Sequence record: MN342150
DNA: 64,000 nt
Direction: 5' to 3' (one strand)
Source of the DNA: Escherichia phage vB_EcoM_3HA11
Position 1 is the first letter of the stretch, and each line of letters opens with the position of its first letter. Shown piece after piece: positions 47,461-57,052 of the stretch. The translations under genes were made by a program, and so were the position numbers. The notes under the pieces are model-generated. The model ran no database searches and had not been told where the DNA came from. It saw only the letters and a list, made by a program, of their open reading frames with translations.

Positions 47461-49086
47461 TCATGCGTCTTTACCACCAAAGTTGCCGCCATTATCCTCC
47501 AGTTCCGGTTTTATATCAATTGGACCAGGACCAGAAGTAGATACTGGAGTTGCCCCAGCGCGTGATGCAGCACGACCAGCACCTTCAGCATATTTGATGT
47601 TGCCTTCAATAGTCTGCGCCACCGACAACTTATCACAAACTATTTCACTAGCCAGTATTTTAGGCACTTTTAAAGTATTGGAAACTTCCAACATCTCACA
47701 GATGATACGCATCACGTTTTGCGCTTGAATTTCGGCCAGCTGTGAAAATTTCATCAACGCCGTGCCAGCAACCACATTGGAGTAGTTCGATGAATGTAGA
47801 TGATAGACCTCACCTGTCTTGCGCTGAACTTCAGTCCCACCAATGGTCAGGTTGTGATCACGACCAACATAGTAACGTTTGTCAAACATCGTCAGATCAT
47901 AATGATCTTTGACTGATTTATTGACCACGTCCCCGTCAGGAAGCATCTGCTTATAAGACCCCGAGGAGTGCATCCAATGGAGACGTTCCCCGCCTGGTGT
48001 GTCATCAACCTCCATAATATGCCCCGACCGAGATGCCATGACATTGTTGTAAGGATAACGAGACCCGCCAGCAGAAGGAACCGACACCTCTCCTGTGTTA
48101 TCAATATCTTGAACACGCCCAGAAGGAGGCGGAGTTTCCTGAACTTTTGGTGTACGATCAGGGATTGGCTCAGACCATTTACCATTTTGTTGCGCAGGAG
48201 CCGCCGATGCTGTCGTAGCAGGACCAGGCCAACGATAACCCAACACAGATGAGCGGCTGAAGCGACTCACCTTCACAGAATCTGATTGGTTGCCTCCAAT
48301 ACACCAAACATAATTGGCATCGAATTTCTGCACGAACGCAACGTGTCCGAATGTTGGGTTGTTGCCACGCCGGAATACAACAACAGCGCCGTAACGGGGT
48401 TCTGACAAAGGGGAACCCCATTGCAAATATGAACGAGCCAAAGCCGAGCGCGTTGAAGTGTATCCTGCTTGGATCAACACCCATCCCACAAATGAAGCGC
48501 ACCAGCTGACTTCATCTTCCGAAGCGCCCAAAGATGTTGTCTTGTGATATTCCAAAATCCTTGGGTTATTATTGAATTTGCCAGAATATTCTTTGACACC
48601 TAATTCACCACGAGCCACTGTCATCCATTTCTCGGGATCATAACCGTCCACAGGCGGTTGAGGTTCTGGTTGTGGGTCGTCTTCAATCTTGACAGGAACA
48701 TTTTCAACGGCGTTATATTTCTGTCTTTCTATAGATTGAACAACCTGGCCCAGCGCCAACGGGTTTGTGTCTGAACCATCCGTTGGTGTCGCCGCTGGCC
48801 AAACCCAGGCGATACGAATATTTTGGTATGCTTCATCCAAAGCAAATCCCATAACATCCGACCCGACTGTAATACCCGTTGGAGACCAGCCTAAACCTGC
48901 CGAGGAGGCGTTAGATGCTGGCATGAGCATTTTACCCCAAGGCAATAATTCGGTAGGTAAGAGAGTGGTATCTTCCGTGTGTACACCATAGATGCGCACA
49001 GCGACGCGCCCGTTCTGGTCGGGATCATTCACGTCTTCAACGCGCCCGTAAAACCAACGCATGTTGTCTAACATATTGAAACCCAT
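47461..49086 (-). CDS. 5: baseplate hub/cell-puncturing protein gp5-like with CHAP peptidase domain
   Basis: N-terminal OB-fold WFYGRVEDVNDPDQNGRVAVRIYGVH typical of gp5/VgrG; central Cys/His region (SWCASFVGWVLIQAGY ... GHVAFV) fits a CHAP domain rather than T4-type lysozyme. Confidence 0.7.
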   Translation of the reverse strand: MGFNMLDNMRWFYGRVEDVNDPDQNGRVAVRIYGVHTEDTTLLPTELLPWGKMLMPASNASSAGLGWSPTGITVGSDVMGFALDEAYQNIRIAWVWPAATPTDGSDTNPLALGQVVQSIERQKYNAVENVPVKIEDDPQPEPQPPVDGYDPEKWMTVARGELGVKEYSGKFNNNPRILEYHKTTSLGASEDEVSWCASFVGWVLIQAGYTSTRSALARSYLQWGSPLSEPRYGAVVVFRRGNNPTFGHVAFVQKFDANYVWCIGGNQSDSVKVSRFSRSSVLGYRWPGPATTASAAPAQQNGKWSEPIPDRTPKVQETPPPSGRVQDIDNTGEVSVPSAGGSRYPYNNVMASRSGHIMEVDDTPGGERLHWMHSSGSYKQMLPDGDVVNKSVKDHYDLTMFDKRYYVGRDHNLTIGGTEVQRKTGEVYHLHSSNYSNVVAGTALMKFSQLAEIQAQNVMRIICEMLEVSNTLKVPKILASEIVCDKLSVAQTIEGNIKYAEGAGRAASRAGATPVSTSGPGPIDIKPELEDNGGNFGGKDA

Positions 49087-49089
49087 TAG

Positions 49090-49097
49090 TCAATTAG
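49090..49097 (-). promoter_or_regulatory. late-promoter-like box CATAAATA upstream of gene 5
   Basis: Minus-strand ...CGCCATAAATAACCC... about 25 nt upstream of the 49086 start; coordinates approximate. Confidence 0.3.
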
Positions 49098-49422
49098 AAT
49101 CATGGGTTATTTATGGCGGGGATTTGAAATCTGTCGAATAGTAATATTATAGGAAGCTCTGCTTCCGTTCAACTTTATTCTTTTCGTTTCTACTCGCTGA
49201 AGCTCGTAACACCGCCTTGACAGGCAGTCCCATTCCAATGCCATGGAGGCATAAAGGCGAGGAAAATACTGTACACCTCAGAACATGCGTAGAAAAGGAT
49301 TATTTTTGCTTCAAAACAAATTCAAACCCCAATTCACACAACACTTACTTCAGCAACAACGGTGTTATAGCAATTTAAGGTTAAATGTTCCTGTCTTAAC
49401 CTATAAAACAGGTAAGCAAAGA

Positions 49423-49450
49423 AAACCCCACATTACGTGGGGTTGGAAGA
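49423..49450 (-). terminator. rho-independent terminator (minus strand)
   Basis: AACCCCACGTAATGTGGGGTTTTCTTTG on the minus strand, downstream of the 50397..49594 gene. Confidence 0.55.
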
Positions 49451-49593
49451 TTTCTTGGACAAACGTATCTTTAGTGTCTCTGTTAGCAAATCAAGATGCC
49501 AAGGCATCGACTCGCTTATTTCAAATATGCTATAGCCATGTGCCTTTAATTCGTCACACATCACAAAGTAGGAGAGTAAATCAATTTCAAAAA

Positions 49594-50397
49594 TTAAATG
49601 AAAATTTCAGTGACACTGTTAAATTTGACTTCATGTTCTTTCCCACACGAAGGACATTTAATTTTCGTCGCGTAACGGATACGAGGAATCTTTTTAAAGA
49701 AATCGTCGGATATATCTTGAACAATCTCAGATTCAATATTTTCCCCCACCCATTTAACAAATTCATCTTTGACACGTTGACGTTCTTTAGCAACATCAGG
49801 TGCTATGCCAGGCTCTGCCGGATTCTCTACTTTCCAAACCTGACCATCATCGTCATACAAACAATCAATAAATGTCGCGATCATTTGCTCCACAGATGAT
49901 GCTTCGTTGAGCACTGAGGCGTCCGAGAAGGACGGTTGACGCATCTTGATGTGATAGCCACCAGGGAGGTCAAATGTTTCCCTGAAGCCTTCTGGGGACA
50001 CGCATTTCACTTGGTTGAGGGGGATCGGTAAAACAAGTTCTTGACCACATTCTTTAAGGCCAGAAACTGGTTCTTCACCTTCATTTGTGTCGGATGGAAC
50101 TTTGTTGTTACATTTGTATCGTATCTTCATGACCTCGCCGATAGATATACAGCGCATCTTTAAAAATACTTCTTCAGTAACACCGATTGGCAGTTTACTA
50201 AAGGGAACCCCAGCGTCAACACAACTATCAAACAGTTGCTCCAGCGTCGCTACACGTTCACTCATAGGAGTGTTCGGATCAGCAACCTGAAGTAGCATGG
50301 TCTGTTGCCCAGCTGTGAAAGCGCGGTATTTAATCACCGTCGGCCAGAAATCACTTTTGTGTGTTCTCTCAGTTTTGGGCAATGATGGTAAATTCAT
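49594..50397 (-). CDS. late structural protein, probably baseplate/tail-associated, with C-terminal zinc ribbon
   Basis: Start at internal ATG 50397 with SD GGAG and a perfect late promoter TATAAATA about 29 nt upstream; C-terminal CPSCGKEHEV. Upstream of gene 5 where T4 has baseplate genes. Confidence 0.55.
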   Translation of the reverse strand: MNLPSLPKTERTHKSDFWPTVIKYRAFTAGQQTMLLQVADPNTPMSERVATLEQLFDSCVDAGVPFSKLPIGVTEEVFLKMRCISIGEVMKIRYKCNNKVPSDTNEGEEPVSGLKECGQELVLPIPLNQVKCVSPEGFRETFDLPGGYHIKMRQPSFSDASVLNEASSVEQMIATFIDCLYDDDGQVWKVENPAEPGIAPDVAKERQRVKDEFVKWVGENIESEIVQDISDDFFKKIPRIRYATKIKCPSCGKEHEVKFNSVTEIFI

Positions 50398-50425
50398 AAT
50401 GTATCTCCACGGTATATTGTAACCA

Positions 50426-50433
50426 TATTTATA
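50426..50433 (-). promoter_or_regulatory. T4-type late promoter TATAAATA
   Basis: Perfect consensus on the minus strand, correctly spaced to the SD and ATG at 50397. Confidence 0.6.
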
Positions 50434-50446
50434 ATGAGGACCGAAA

Positions 50447-50971
50447 ATGCACGCGTTCTGTTTCAGTAAAGTTGGAGAACAACTTACCATTAATTATCCG
50501 GATACAAATACGGATTTCTTTGTATTGCTAACGGATTTCGCAAATAAATTGGGGATCAAGAATATCGCCATGACTGTGGACGATATGAAATTTGGTCGTC
50601 TGGGTGTAAAAGATTTATTGAATTACGGATTCAACGTAATCATCGTCGATCAGACATACAGCCCAATTGACGAGGAAGATGTTATTCCAGTTTGGGTTCA
50701 ACGAGACATAAACACTCTGGATAAGCATTATCCCGATTGTGTCATCATTGGCGAATTAATACCATATTTTCATAAACGTCGTCGGCTTGAATCAATTAAA
50801 AGTTATTTTCAAGATAGCGATGACGGATATAAAATGGATGTCCTTACGAGCGGTTGGGTTGTGAAGAATACCACAGGCAATGCCGACCGAATTACTTCCC
50901 GTCTTTATGAATATGTTAAAGAACGGGATTATGAACTGGAGAACAATAATGCCAAACGTAGAACGCGCTGA
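50447..50971 (+). CDS. hypothetical protein (174 aa)
   Basis: SD GAGGA; divergent from the late gene. Confidence 0.5.
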   Translation: MHAFCFSKVGEQLTINYPDTNTDFFVLLTDFANKLGIKNIAMTVDDMKFGRLGVKDLLNYGFNVIIVDQTYSPIDEEDVIPVWVQRDINTLDKHYPDCVIIGELIPYFHKRRRLESIKSYFQDSDDGYKMDVLTSGWVVKNTTGNADRITSRLYEYVKERDYELENNNAKRRTR

Positions 50972-51434
50972 TATTCAGCAGGTACAAGACGTCATCCTTC
51001 AACGCCTCCGCGCCGTGATCACAAATGAAAAGGGAGAAATTGCGCCAGGGTTTGAAGGCGCATTCGACGGTTTCGTTGCCGATGATCAGGGGAACCCCGT
51101 TGTACAAACGATCGCTGGCATGATTATGCTGAATAGCGAATTTATGGCTGATGGTAAAATCCATTATTCTCCCAATCTCAGTGTTGACGGAGAATCTTTG
51201 GCTTCCGAAGTGGTTGATTTAACGGTTGCCGTTGGTGAGTTGGGTTATGTTTTGATGGTTTGCACCGCGCATTATGTGGACGCCAACGGCCATGTGTCAT
51301 ATGGTGATGAAGCGCGGGGAATCAAACGTCATGTAGATACTGCGGCGGTTCTGCAGCAGATCCGTCAGATGCAAGACAATATGGATTCCAAACCCCGCCT
51401 GATTTTGCCAGATAGTAAAATCGTGACAAGATAA
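50949..51434 (+). CDS. hypothetical protein (161 aa)
   Basis: Internal ATG with SD GGAG; overlaps the upstream gene end. Confidence 0.5.
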   Translation: MPNVERADIQQVQDVILQRLRAVITNEKGEIAPGFEGAFDGFVADDQGNPVVQTIAGMIMLNSEFMADGKIHYSPNLSVDGESLASEVVDLTVAVGELGYVLMVCTAHYVDANGHVSYGDEARGIKRHVDTAAVLQQIRQMQDNMDSKPRLILPDSKIVTR

Positions 51435-51483
51435 TCCGGTCTAAATACCCATAACACAATGAAACTTCGTTATGGGTATTTTT

Positions 51484-52083
51484 ATGAAATTTTGCGGAAT
51501 CGACTATTCTTATGGCTGTCCTGCCATGTGCTTCTGGGATGATAAAGATCCTTTGGATTTTGACCATCTTCATTTCTATGCGCATCATACTGTAGAAAAA
51601 CATTGTCGTCAGGTACGGCATAACATCCTCATTTTACGCCAGCCGAAATATGAATCCCCAGAAGAACGCTTCTACAATATCTCCAAATGGGCCGAAGCTG
51701 TTCTTCTAACCGAGAAGCCTGATTTCATCACCCTTGAGGGGTACGCAATGGGCAACTCGAAGAATTCCAATAACATATGCCAGACTGCTGAAAATACATC
51801 TTTATTGAAGCAAGCAATGCGCCGGAATAATATGGAATTCCAGATCGTCACTCCTTCTTTCGTTAAAAAGCATTTCTGTGGTAAAGGAAACGCCGATAAA
51901 TTGGTAATGATCGATCATTTCGAGAAGCTGTTCAACGTTAAGATGCGTGGTATAATGGACATGTTGGACGTGAAGGATCCAAAGCCTATCGATGATCTTG
52001 TAGACTCATTCGCAAACATGGTGTCTGGACCTTACTTCATAGAAAATTATCCCGATTTCAATAGAGGTGTAAGAAATGATTAA
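51484..52083 (+). CDS. RuvC/YqgF-like Holliday junction resolvase fold protein (tentative)
   Basis: N-terminal KFCGIDYSYG (GID.G motif) and later ITLEGYAMGN resemble the first two acidic motifs of RNase H-fold resolvases. Confidence 0.4.
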   Translation: MKFCGIDYSYGCPAMCFWDDKDPLDFDHLHFYAHHTVEKHCRQVRHNILILRQPKYESPEERFYNISKWAEAVLLTEKPDFITLEGYAMGNSKNSNNICQTAENTSLLKQAMRRNNMEFQIVTPSFVKKHFCGKGNADKLVMIDHFEKLFNVKMRGIMDMLDVKDPKPIDDLVDSFANMVSGPYFIENYPDFNRGVRND

Positions 52084-52372
52084 TTACTGGCTGTTGGCAG
52101 ACATACTGCTTTTCGCCTTGCTGTTGATAACGGCATTTATTTGGGTTAAGGGATTTCTGACATTCCTACACTCGTTGAGTGCCATGATATCTTTCTATGC
52201 TGTGTCCCCCCATAGTGACGTCAATGTACGAGCGGCAAATCAATCTGACATGTTGGCTGAATACGTCATGATGCGTGATAAAGCATCCAGGATCGTCCTG
52301 TTTTCTACACTGGCGGGGGCGGTTATTATATTCATACAACACGTCTTGGAGGCAACTCATGCCGTTTTATGA
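52076..52372 (+). CDS. small membrane protein
   Basis: Hydrophobic N-terminal helix (WLLADILLFALLLITAFIWV). Confidence 0.4.
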   Translation: MINYWLLADILLFALLLITAFIWVKGFLTFLHSLSAMISFYAVSPHSDVNVRAANQSDMLAEYVMMRDKASRIVLFSTLAGAVIIFIQHVLEATHAVL

Positions 52373-52604
52373 TTATGCCTGTACAGGTTGTGGTAATTCT
52401 TTCAGTACCAGAAGGTCTTGTGCTGAACGCCATACGCCTGAATTAGATCCATGCGCTGAATGTGGCGGTGAAATCAAAATGGTCATTGGAGCACCAAAGA
52501 TCGTATCTGGTGTCCGTGGCCCACAATCCGCACCTGATGGCTTCAAAGACGTATTGCGTCATATTAAGAAGCAGTCTGGTAAGGGGAATACAATCGATGT
52601 CTGA
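52359..52604 (+). CDS. FmdB-family zinc-ribbon protein
   Basis: MPFYDYACTGCGNSF ... CAECGG is the CxxC...CxxC zinc-ribbon pattern of this family. Confidence 0.55.
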   Translation: MPFYDYACTGCGNSFSTRRSCAERHTPELDPCAECGGEIKMVIGAPKIVSGVRGPQSAPDGFKDVLRHIKKQSGKGNTIDV

Positions 52605-52839
52605 CCAACAAATAGCACAAGTCCTCACACCTGATTCATTCTCAGAATTGGTGTTGATGCGAGCGAGCCAACGCAAGGAATCAATCCTTGAAACAATGGC
52701 CAGTGTTTGTGAAGAGTATGACATCGAAGAAGCAAAGGTCAAAAAATTGATCACGCCCCCTCTTCTGTCAAGGCTAACAGCTGAATGTTCTGATGCTCGG
52801 TTGTTGAAGGGTGAATTGAAATCTAAAAAACTCATTTAA
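52597..52839 (+). CDS. hypothetical protein (80 aa)
   Basis: Internal ATG with SD AAGGGG. Confidence 0.45.
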   Translation: MSDQQIAQVLTPDSFSELVLMRASQRKESILETMASVCEEYDIEEAKVKKLITPPLLSRLTAECSDARLLKGELKSKKLI

Positions 52840-52848
52840 GGTTGTAAC

Positions 52849-53088
52849 ATGAGCAAAGAGCAAATTTATAAATTGTTGAAGGCGCAAGAGTATCTGCCAG
52901 GTTCTATCCGCTGGCGTCACGGTAGCCTCAATGAACATGCTGATGATATGGATCGCGTTCGTTTCACAACGCCGGAAGGTAAATCCTATGTCATTGAGTA
53001 CCATACATTCTTGGAAGGTCATAAAACCTTCTCGGATGTGTACGACATTATTGAAATAAACCCAGCAAAACAAATGATTGCAGGTTAA
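52849..53088 (+). CDS. hypothetical protein (79 aa)
   Basis: ORF; no recognisable domain. Confidence 0.45.
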   Translation: MSKEQIYKLLKAQEYLPGSIRWRHGSLNEHADDMDRVRFTTPEGKSYVIEYHTFLEGHKTFSDVYDIIEINPAKQMIAG

Positions 53089-53184
53089 CTCAATAGCAAA
53101 ACGCAGTATAATTACACCGTCGGAATAATTGACAAATACATTTACAGAATAGCCCGAAGGGGCGGATTATAGAGGAATATTAAA

Positions 53185-54222
53185 ATGGGTAATTTATTTG
53201 ATCGTCTTAAACAATCTCGTGGCCAACAAGCCGAAGCTATGCAACAGCGACTCGCTCAGCAAGGCCAGCGTGTTGGTGGCGGTCGTGACCCACGCATCTG
53301 GAAGTGGACCTGGAATGAAAAGGGTACTTCCGAAAACATCATTCGTTTCCTGCCGATCCCTTTAGTGGACATGAAGGCTCAAGAAGAAGGCACCATCCCT
53401 GAAGATGCTGTGTTAACTCCGTGTGCCATGATCATGAAACACGCATTCCAGGGTGCTGGTGGTTGGTATATCGAAAACTCACCTCAGACTTTCGGTAACG
53501 ATGATCCGGTTCGTGACCACGATCGTCCTCTGTGGGCACAACAGAAAGAAACGAACGATGAAAAACTGAAGACAGTCTTGAAAAAACGTCTGCCGGACAC
53601 CAAATACTACGCCAATATCCTGGTGATCAAAGATGGCAATAATCCGGAAAATAACGGCAAGGTCTTCTTGCTGGAATTCGGTAATGCCGTCAAGAAAATC
53701 CTGGATTCGGCTCAGAATCCTAAGTTCTCAACCGACCCGAAATTCGACCCGTTCGATATGTGGGAAGGTGCGAATCTGATTCTGAACCTGTTTGGTGAAG
53801 AGAAAGAGTTCGGAAACTGGAAAGGCCTGGTTGCCAACTTCACCAACGTGAAGTGGGATAGTCCGGCACCGCTGGGAACCGACGAATACATTGAAGAGAT
53901 CTGGGAAAAAGAGCACAGCTTGTTTGAGTTCTTTAATCCGGCCAACTTCAAATCGTACGAAGATCTGGAAAAACGTTTGCGCAAAGTTCTGTCCATCCCT
54001 GATAATCAGCCTCTGGTTGAAGGTGGTGCTTCTACTATGGCACATGCGCCTACCCAGTCTCAGGAACCCCAGCGCCCGACAGCGCAGGAAAGTCTGAACC
54101 AACAACAATCTCAGCCTTCTAATGCACAGCAATCTGTTCCAGCCAATAATGGTGGTGCGGGTGCCGATGCGAAACAGACGGCTTCCATTGATGAGTTCGA
54201 GCAGTTCCTGAAGCAAGACTAA
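53185..54222 (+). CDS. 32: single-stranded DNA-binding protein gp32
   Basis: IIRFLPIP, YYANILVIKDGNNPENNGKVFLLEFG, MWEGANLILN parallel T4 gp32 (VIRFLPS, YWANILVVKD..ENEGKVF, WEGANF); Gln/acidic C-terminal tail. Confidence 0.85.
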   Translation: MGNLFDRLKQSRGQQAEAMQQRLAQQGQRVGGGRDPRIWKWTWNEKGTSENIIRFLPIPLVDMKAQEEGTIPEDAVLTPCAMIMKHAFQGAGGWYIENSPQTFGNDDPVRDHDRPLWAQQKETNDEKLKTVLKKRLPDTKYYANILVIKDGNNPENNGKVFLLEFGNAVKKILDSAQNPKFSTDPKFDPFDMWEGANLILNLFGEEKEFGNWKGLVANFTNVKWDSPAPLGTDEYIEEIWEKEHSLFEFFNPANFKSYEDLEKRLRKVLSIPDNQPLVEGGASTMAHAPTQSQEPQRPTAQESLNQQQSQPSNAQQSVPANNGGAGADAKQTASIDEFEQFLKQD

Positions 54223-54228
54223 TTTCAC

Positions 54229-54258
54229 TAAAGCCCCTTCGGGGGCTTTTTAGTTTTT
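54229..54258. terminator. rho-independent terminator (between convergent genes)
   Basis: AAAGCCCCttcgGGGGCTTTTTAGTTTTT. Confidence 0.7.
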
Positions 54259-55194
54259 AACGACGTCCTGTAACAATCCGAGTAAACTACTCTTCTCAGA
54301 CGCCGTCAGGTTATCATTGCCTAATATATCCCTCTGGATGCCGATAGAGATCCTTTCGAAGTCTGCCAGGCTGATACCCGCCAAATTATTTACAAGCTGA
54401 TCGAGTTGCTTGTAGGCCAGTAGGGCTTCACCTGTAAAGTTTCCTTCCTTAATCTTTTTATACAGCTGTCCGGCTTTTGACGCTGCGGTTTCCCAATCTC
54501 CGGAAGCAAGAGCATCAGCAATGCCCAAAGGAAGAAAATCGCTGGCGAGGCTGCGCGTTTCATATTCAGTCTCCGATAATACTTTATTGTAAGAGAACGA
54601 TATATTGTACTGGTTAAATTGGTCGGCGGCACTTTTGTCGAGGTCGATGGAACTGAAGTTAATAGGATGAGCCTCAGTCACATAAACGCGATGAACAACC
54701 TGATCTTCCGTATCCATCTGCTCTATACAAATGTCTGTAACGAAGTCTTCATAATAACCCATCTTGGTTGTGTATGGGTCGAATATCAGGTTCTTCCATT
54801 TGTCCATGACCGACTTTTCATAATAATCGTTGGCGAGGAGGAACGACAACTCCAGATCAACGTTCGTCTTGTTATTTGGCATTTTAATGTGGTTGCCGTT
54901 GTTGGTCATGGGAGTAGTGTCAATCCCTGTACCAGGTAAAGATGCGACCATACACATCATTTGTAAGGAACGAGACGTCTGGTTTGTCCCTCCAAAGAAA
55001 GCGTTTACAATACGGGCGCTTTGTTTGAACAGATCCCCAAATGATGAAGATGAAGGATATGCGTTGCCGTCATTGGATAGAGTCGCATTAGAATCGAAAA
55101 TACCAGGCGGCAACGGGATTGTAACACGAAATCTGTTCTTGCGGGAAATCCCCCGCTGAAGCAATTGCGTTAGAAAATTGCGATAGTCTTCCAC
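54250..55194 (-). CDS. tail tube/baseplate tube initiator family protein (gp19/gp48/gp54-like), late gene
   Basis: Proposed GTG start 55194 with SD GGAG 8 nt upstream and a perfect TATAAATA about 35 nt upstream. Core (CMVASLPG ... VDLELSFLLANDYYEKSVMDKW) resembles the gp19 family; 54960 is an alternative start. Confidence 0.5.
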   Translation of the reverse strand: MEDYRNFLTQLLQRGISRKNRFRVTIPLPPGIFDSNATLSNDGNAYPSSSSFGDLFKQSARIVNAFFGGTNQTSRSLQMMCMVASLPGTGIDTTPMTNNGNHIKMPNNKTNVDLELSFLLANDYYEKSVMDKWKNLIFDPYTTKMGYYEDFVTDICIEQMDTEDQVVHRVYVTEAHPINFSSIDLDKSAADQFNQYNISFSYNKVLSETEYETRSLASDFLPLGIADALASGDWETAASKAGQLYKKIKEGNFTGEALLAYKQLDQLVNNLAGISLADFERISIGIQRDILGNDNLTASEKSSLLGLLQDVVKN

Positions 55195-55228
55195 GATGAG
55201 GACTCCATTTAAATAATATATCTGCTGA

Positions 55229-55236
55229 TATTTATA
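55229..55236 (-). promoter_or_regulatory. T4-type late promoter TATAAATA
   Basis: Perfect consensus on the minus strand upstream of the 55194 start; overlaps the RBS region of the divergent + gene. Confidence 0.5.
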
Positions 55237-55248
55237 AGGAGTTGACAA

Positions 55249-55953
55249 ATGGCCAAGAACGCTATGGGTGAAGAAGACCCGTTGTTGCTTCCTGCCGAGA
55301 TGGACGCCCCAGAATTGGTCAAGCGTTACATCCGCAAATATCGTCAACATTTTGGACCAGAAGCGAAACGTAATATCCGTCGGTCTCACGTGTGGTTTAT
55401 GGAACGCGTATCGAAAGATGCCAATTTATCCCCCAACCACATGATGAAGGCGTTTGCTGAAAATAAACGTCCTGTTCAGGGTGTGCGCTATATTGTTGGT
55501 CGCATGTACTATTTCAAATATGATGCGCTGACCAAAGATGAACTCCCGTATTGGGATATGTATCCTCTTGTATTCTTCTTCAATTTTGTGAAGGGTGACG
55601 GGGTAAAATTTGGGGAACGTGGTGTGACCTATCTTTATGGTCTCAACCTTCATTATTTGCCACCAAAGCTCAGATTATTAGTGTTTGAAGATCTTATCAA
55701 GTTGAGGAACGAAAGAGCGTATCGTTCTAAAACTCGTTTGAGACTTACTTGGGATGCCCTGAAACGGTTCGCCAATCACCCTCTATACAACCATTGTGTG
55801 AAACTGTACCGCGCTGATCAATTTCGTTCACAGCTTTATGAGATTGAGCCTCAATACTGGGAAGTTGTTTTGTTTATGCGCACTGCTCGATTCCAGAAAC
55901 AGAGCCAGATGTCTGTTTGGAAAGACGCTCGTCGTAAACACAAAAATGGTTAG
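55249..55953 (+). CDS. conserved hypothetical protein (234 aa)
   Basis: Strong RBS AAGGAG 8 nt upstream; no domain assigned. Confidence 0.6.
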   Translation: MAKNAMGEEDPLLLPAEMDAPELVKRYIRKYRQHFGPEAKRNIRRSHVWFMERVSKDANLSPNHMMKAFAENKRPVQGVRYIVGRMYYFKYDALTKDELPYWDMYPLVFFFNFVKGDGVKFGERGVTYLYGLNLHYLPPKLRLLVFEDLIKLRNERAYRSKTRLRLTWDALKRFANHPLYNHCVKLYRADQFRSQLYEIEPQYWEVVLFMRTARFQKQSQMSVWKDARRKHKNG

Positions 55954-55957
55954 TTCT

Positions 55958-55995
55958 AAAAGCCGTTCTATGGGATAATTCGCGAACGGCTTTCT
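55958..55995 (+). terminator. hairpin/terminator
   Basis: AGCCGTTCtatgggataattcgcGAACGGCTTTC. Confidence 0.4.
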
Positions 55996-56015
55996 ATAAA
56001 CATGAGGTTCCATAT

Positions 56016-56747
56016 ATGTCATATCTACACAGAATTTTTGGTATTGAATTCGGTTCCAACAGCGTTCGTTATGACCGCACTCACAAAGACTCCGGCGGCA
56101 AGACTGGTTACGAACTTGGATCTCGTTTGGGGTATACTGAAGAGCGCCGCCTGAGTGAACAAACTCTTTTCACAGCTATGGGTATTGAATTTGAATCCGA
56201 GGCTGCTTTAGATCTGGGGGATGAGGTTCGTTTTGGTAAGCCTGAAGTCTTAGAATTTGTTGAAGACTTCGTGACAGGTTATACCCATGCCGCTAACAAT
56301 CGTCGCGCCGCCAATGATGCTGTTGGTAAATTTCATTTTGCTGTGAAATACCTTGCCGACAAGCGTATTCAAATGGAAGCCGAATTCAGTGAAGAAAACT
56401 TGAAAGCAGTTTTCGGAGAGACTGGCGATTTCCTATTGACAGAAGAATCCGGCACTTCTTCCGCTCGTCATTTCTTTAGTCAACCGTTTATCGTGAAGGG
56501 ATGTAAAATTCTGATTGATGAAGAACATGTTTTTGGTATTCATCCGGATGTTGTATACGATGAAGAGACGTGTCTGATCATTTCCAGATTGTTTAACAGC
56601 CTGGCGTACACTTCATATTCATTGATCGAACGCTGTATGGAAGAAGAGCATCGCCAAGTTGTTGTCAACAAAATTCGCTTACATGTTGAGCAGAATTTTA
56701 ATGGATTCCATTGCGCGTCTGGTGAGATTCCAAACTTCTACATGTAA
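56016..56747 (+). CDS. hypothetical protein (243 aa)
   Basis: ORF; no recognisable domain. Confidence 0.5.
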   Translation: MSYLHRIFGIEFGSNSVRYDRTHKDSGGKTGYELGSRLGYTEERRLSEQTLFTAMGIEFESEAALDLGDEVRFGKPEVLEFVEDFVTGYTHAANNRRAANDAVGKFHFAVKYLADKRIQMEAEFSEENLKAVFGETGDFLLTEESGTSSARHFFSQPFIVKGCKILIDEEHVFGIHPDVVYDEETCLIISRLFNSLAYTSYSLIERCMEEEHRQVVVNKIRLHVEQNFNGFHCASGEIPNFYM

Positions 56748-56764
56748 AGATATCAGGGGGCTGT

Positions 56765-57052
56765 ATGAAGAAATATGTTCGTCTGAACACTGTACTTGAA
56801 TCAGTTATAGAATATTTCATAATGCAGCACCTCAGAGCAGAAAATGATCATGTGAGCGATGCTTTGACTTATGACCACAGGATAGTGGTTCATTCCGTCG
56901 AAATAGTGGATGACGAATTGTTGATTGCCAATGTTGAGCATGCTCTCTGGGATGAAGTGTTAGATCAGTATGTTCAACCGAAGTTCACACAGATCGAGTT
57001 ATCTGCCATGTGGCCACCTGAAACAGTTTTCAATATTGATATACAAAGTTAA
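56765..57052 (+). CDS. hypothetical protein (95 aa)
   Basis: ORF; no recognisable domain. Confidence 0.45.
   Translation: MKKYVRLNTVLESVIEYFIMQHLRAENDHVSDALTYDHRIVVHSVEIVDDELLIANVEHALWDEVLDQYVQPKFTQIELSAMWPPETVFNIDIQS

Noticed and set aside
49285-49899. 204-aa + strand ORF
   Set aside because: Overlaps the minus-strand late gene 49594..50397, which has a promoter, SD and conserved C-terminus, and the upstream part lies in a promoter/terminator region; likely spurious.
54961-55389. N-terminal extension of the minus ORF 54250..55389
   Set aside because: An ATG start at 55389 would lie upstream of the late promoter and run antisense through the well-supported + gene start at 55249 and its RBS; the GTG at 55194 with SD and promoter is preferred.
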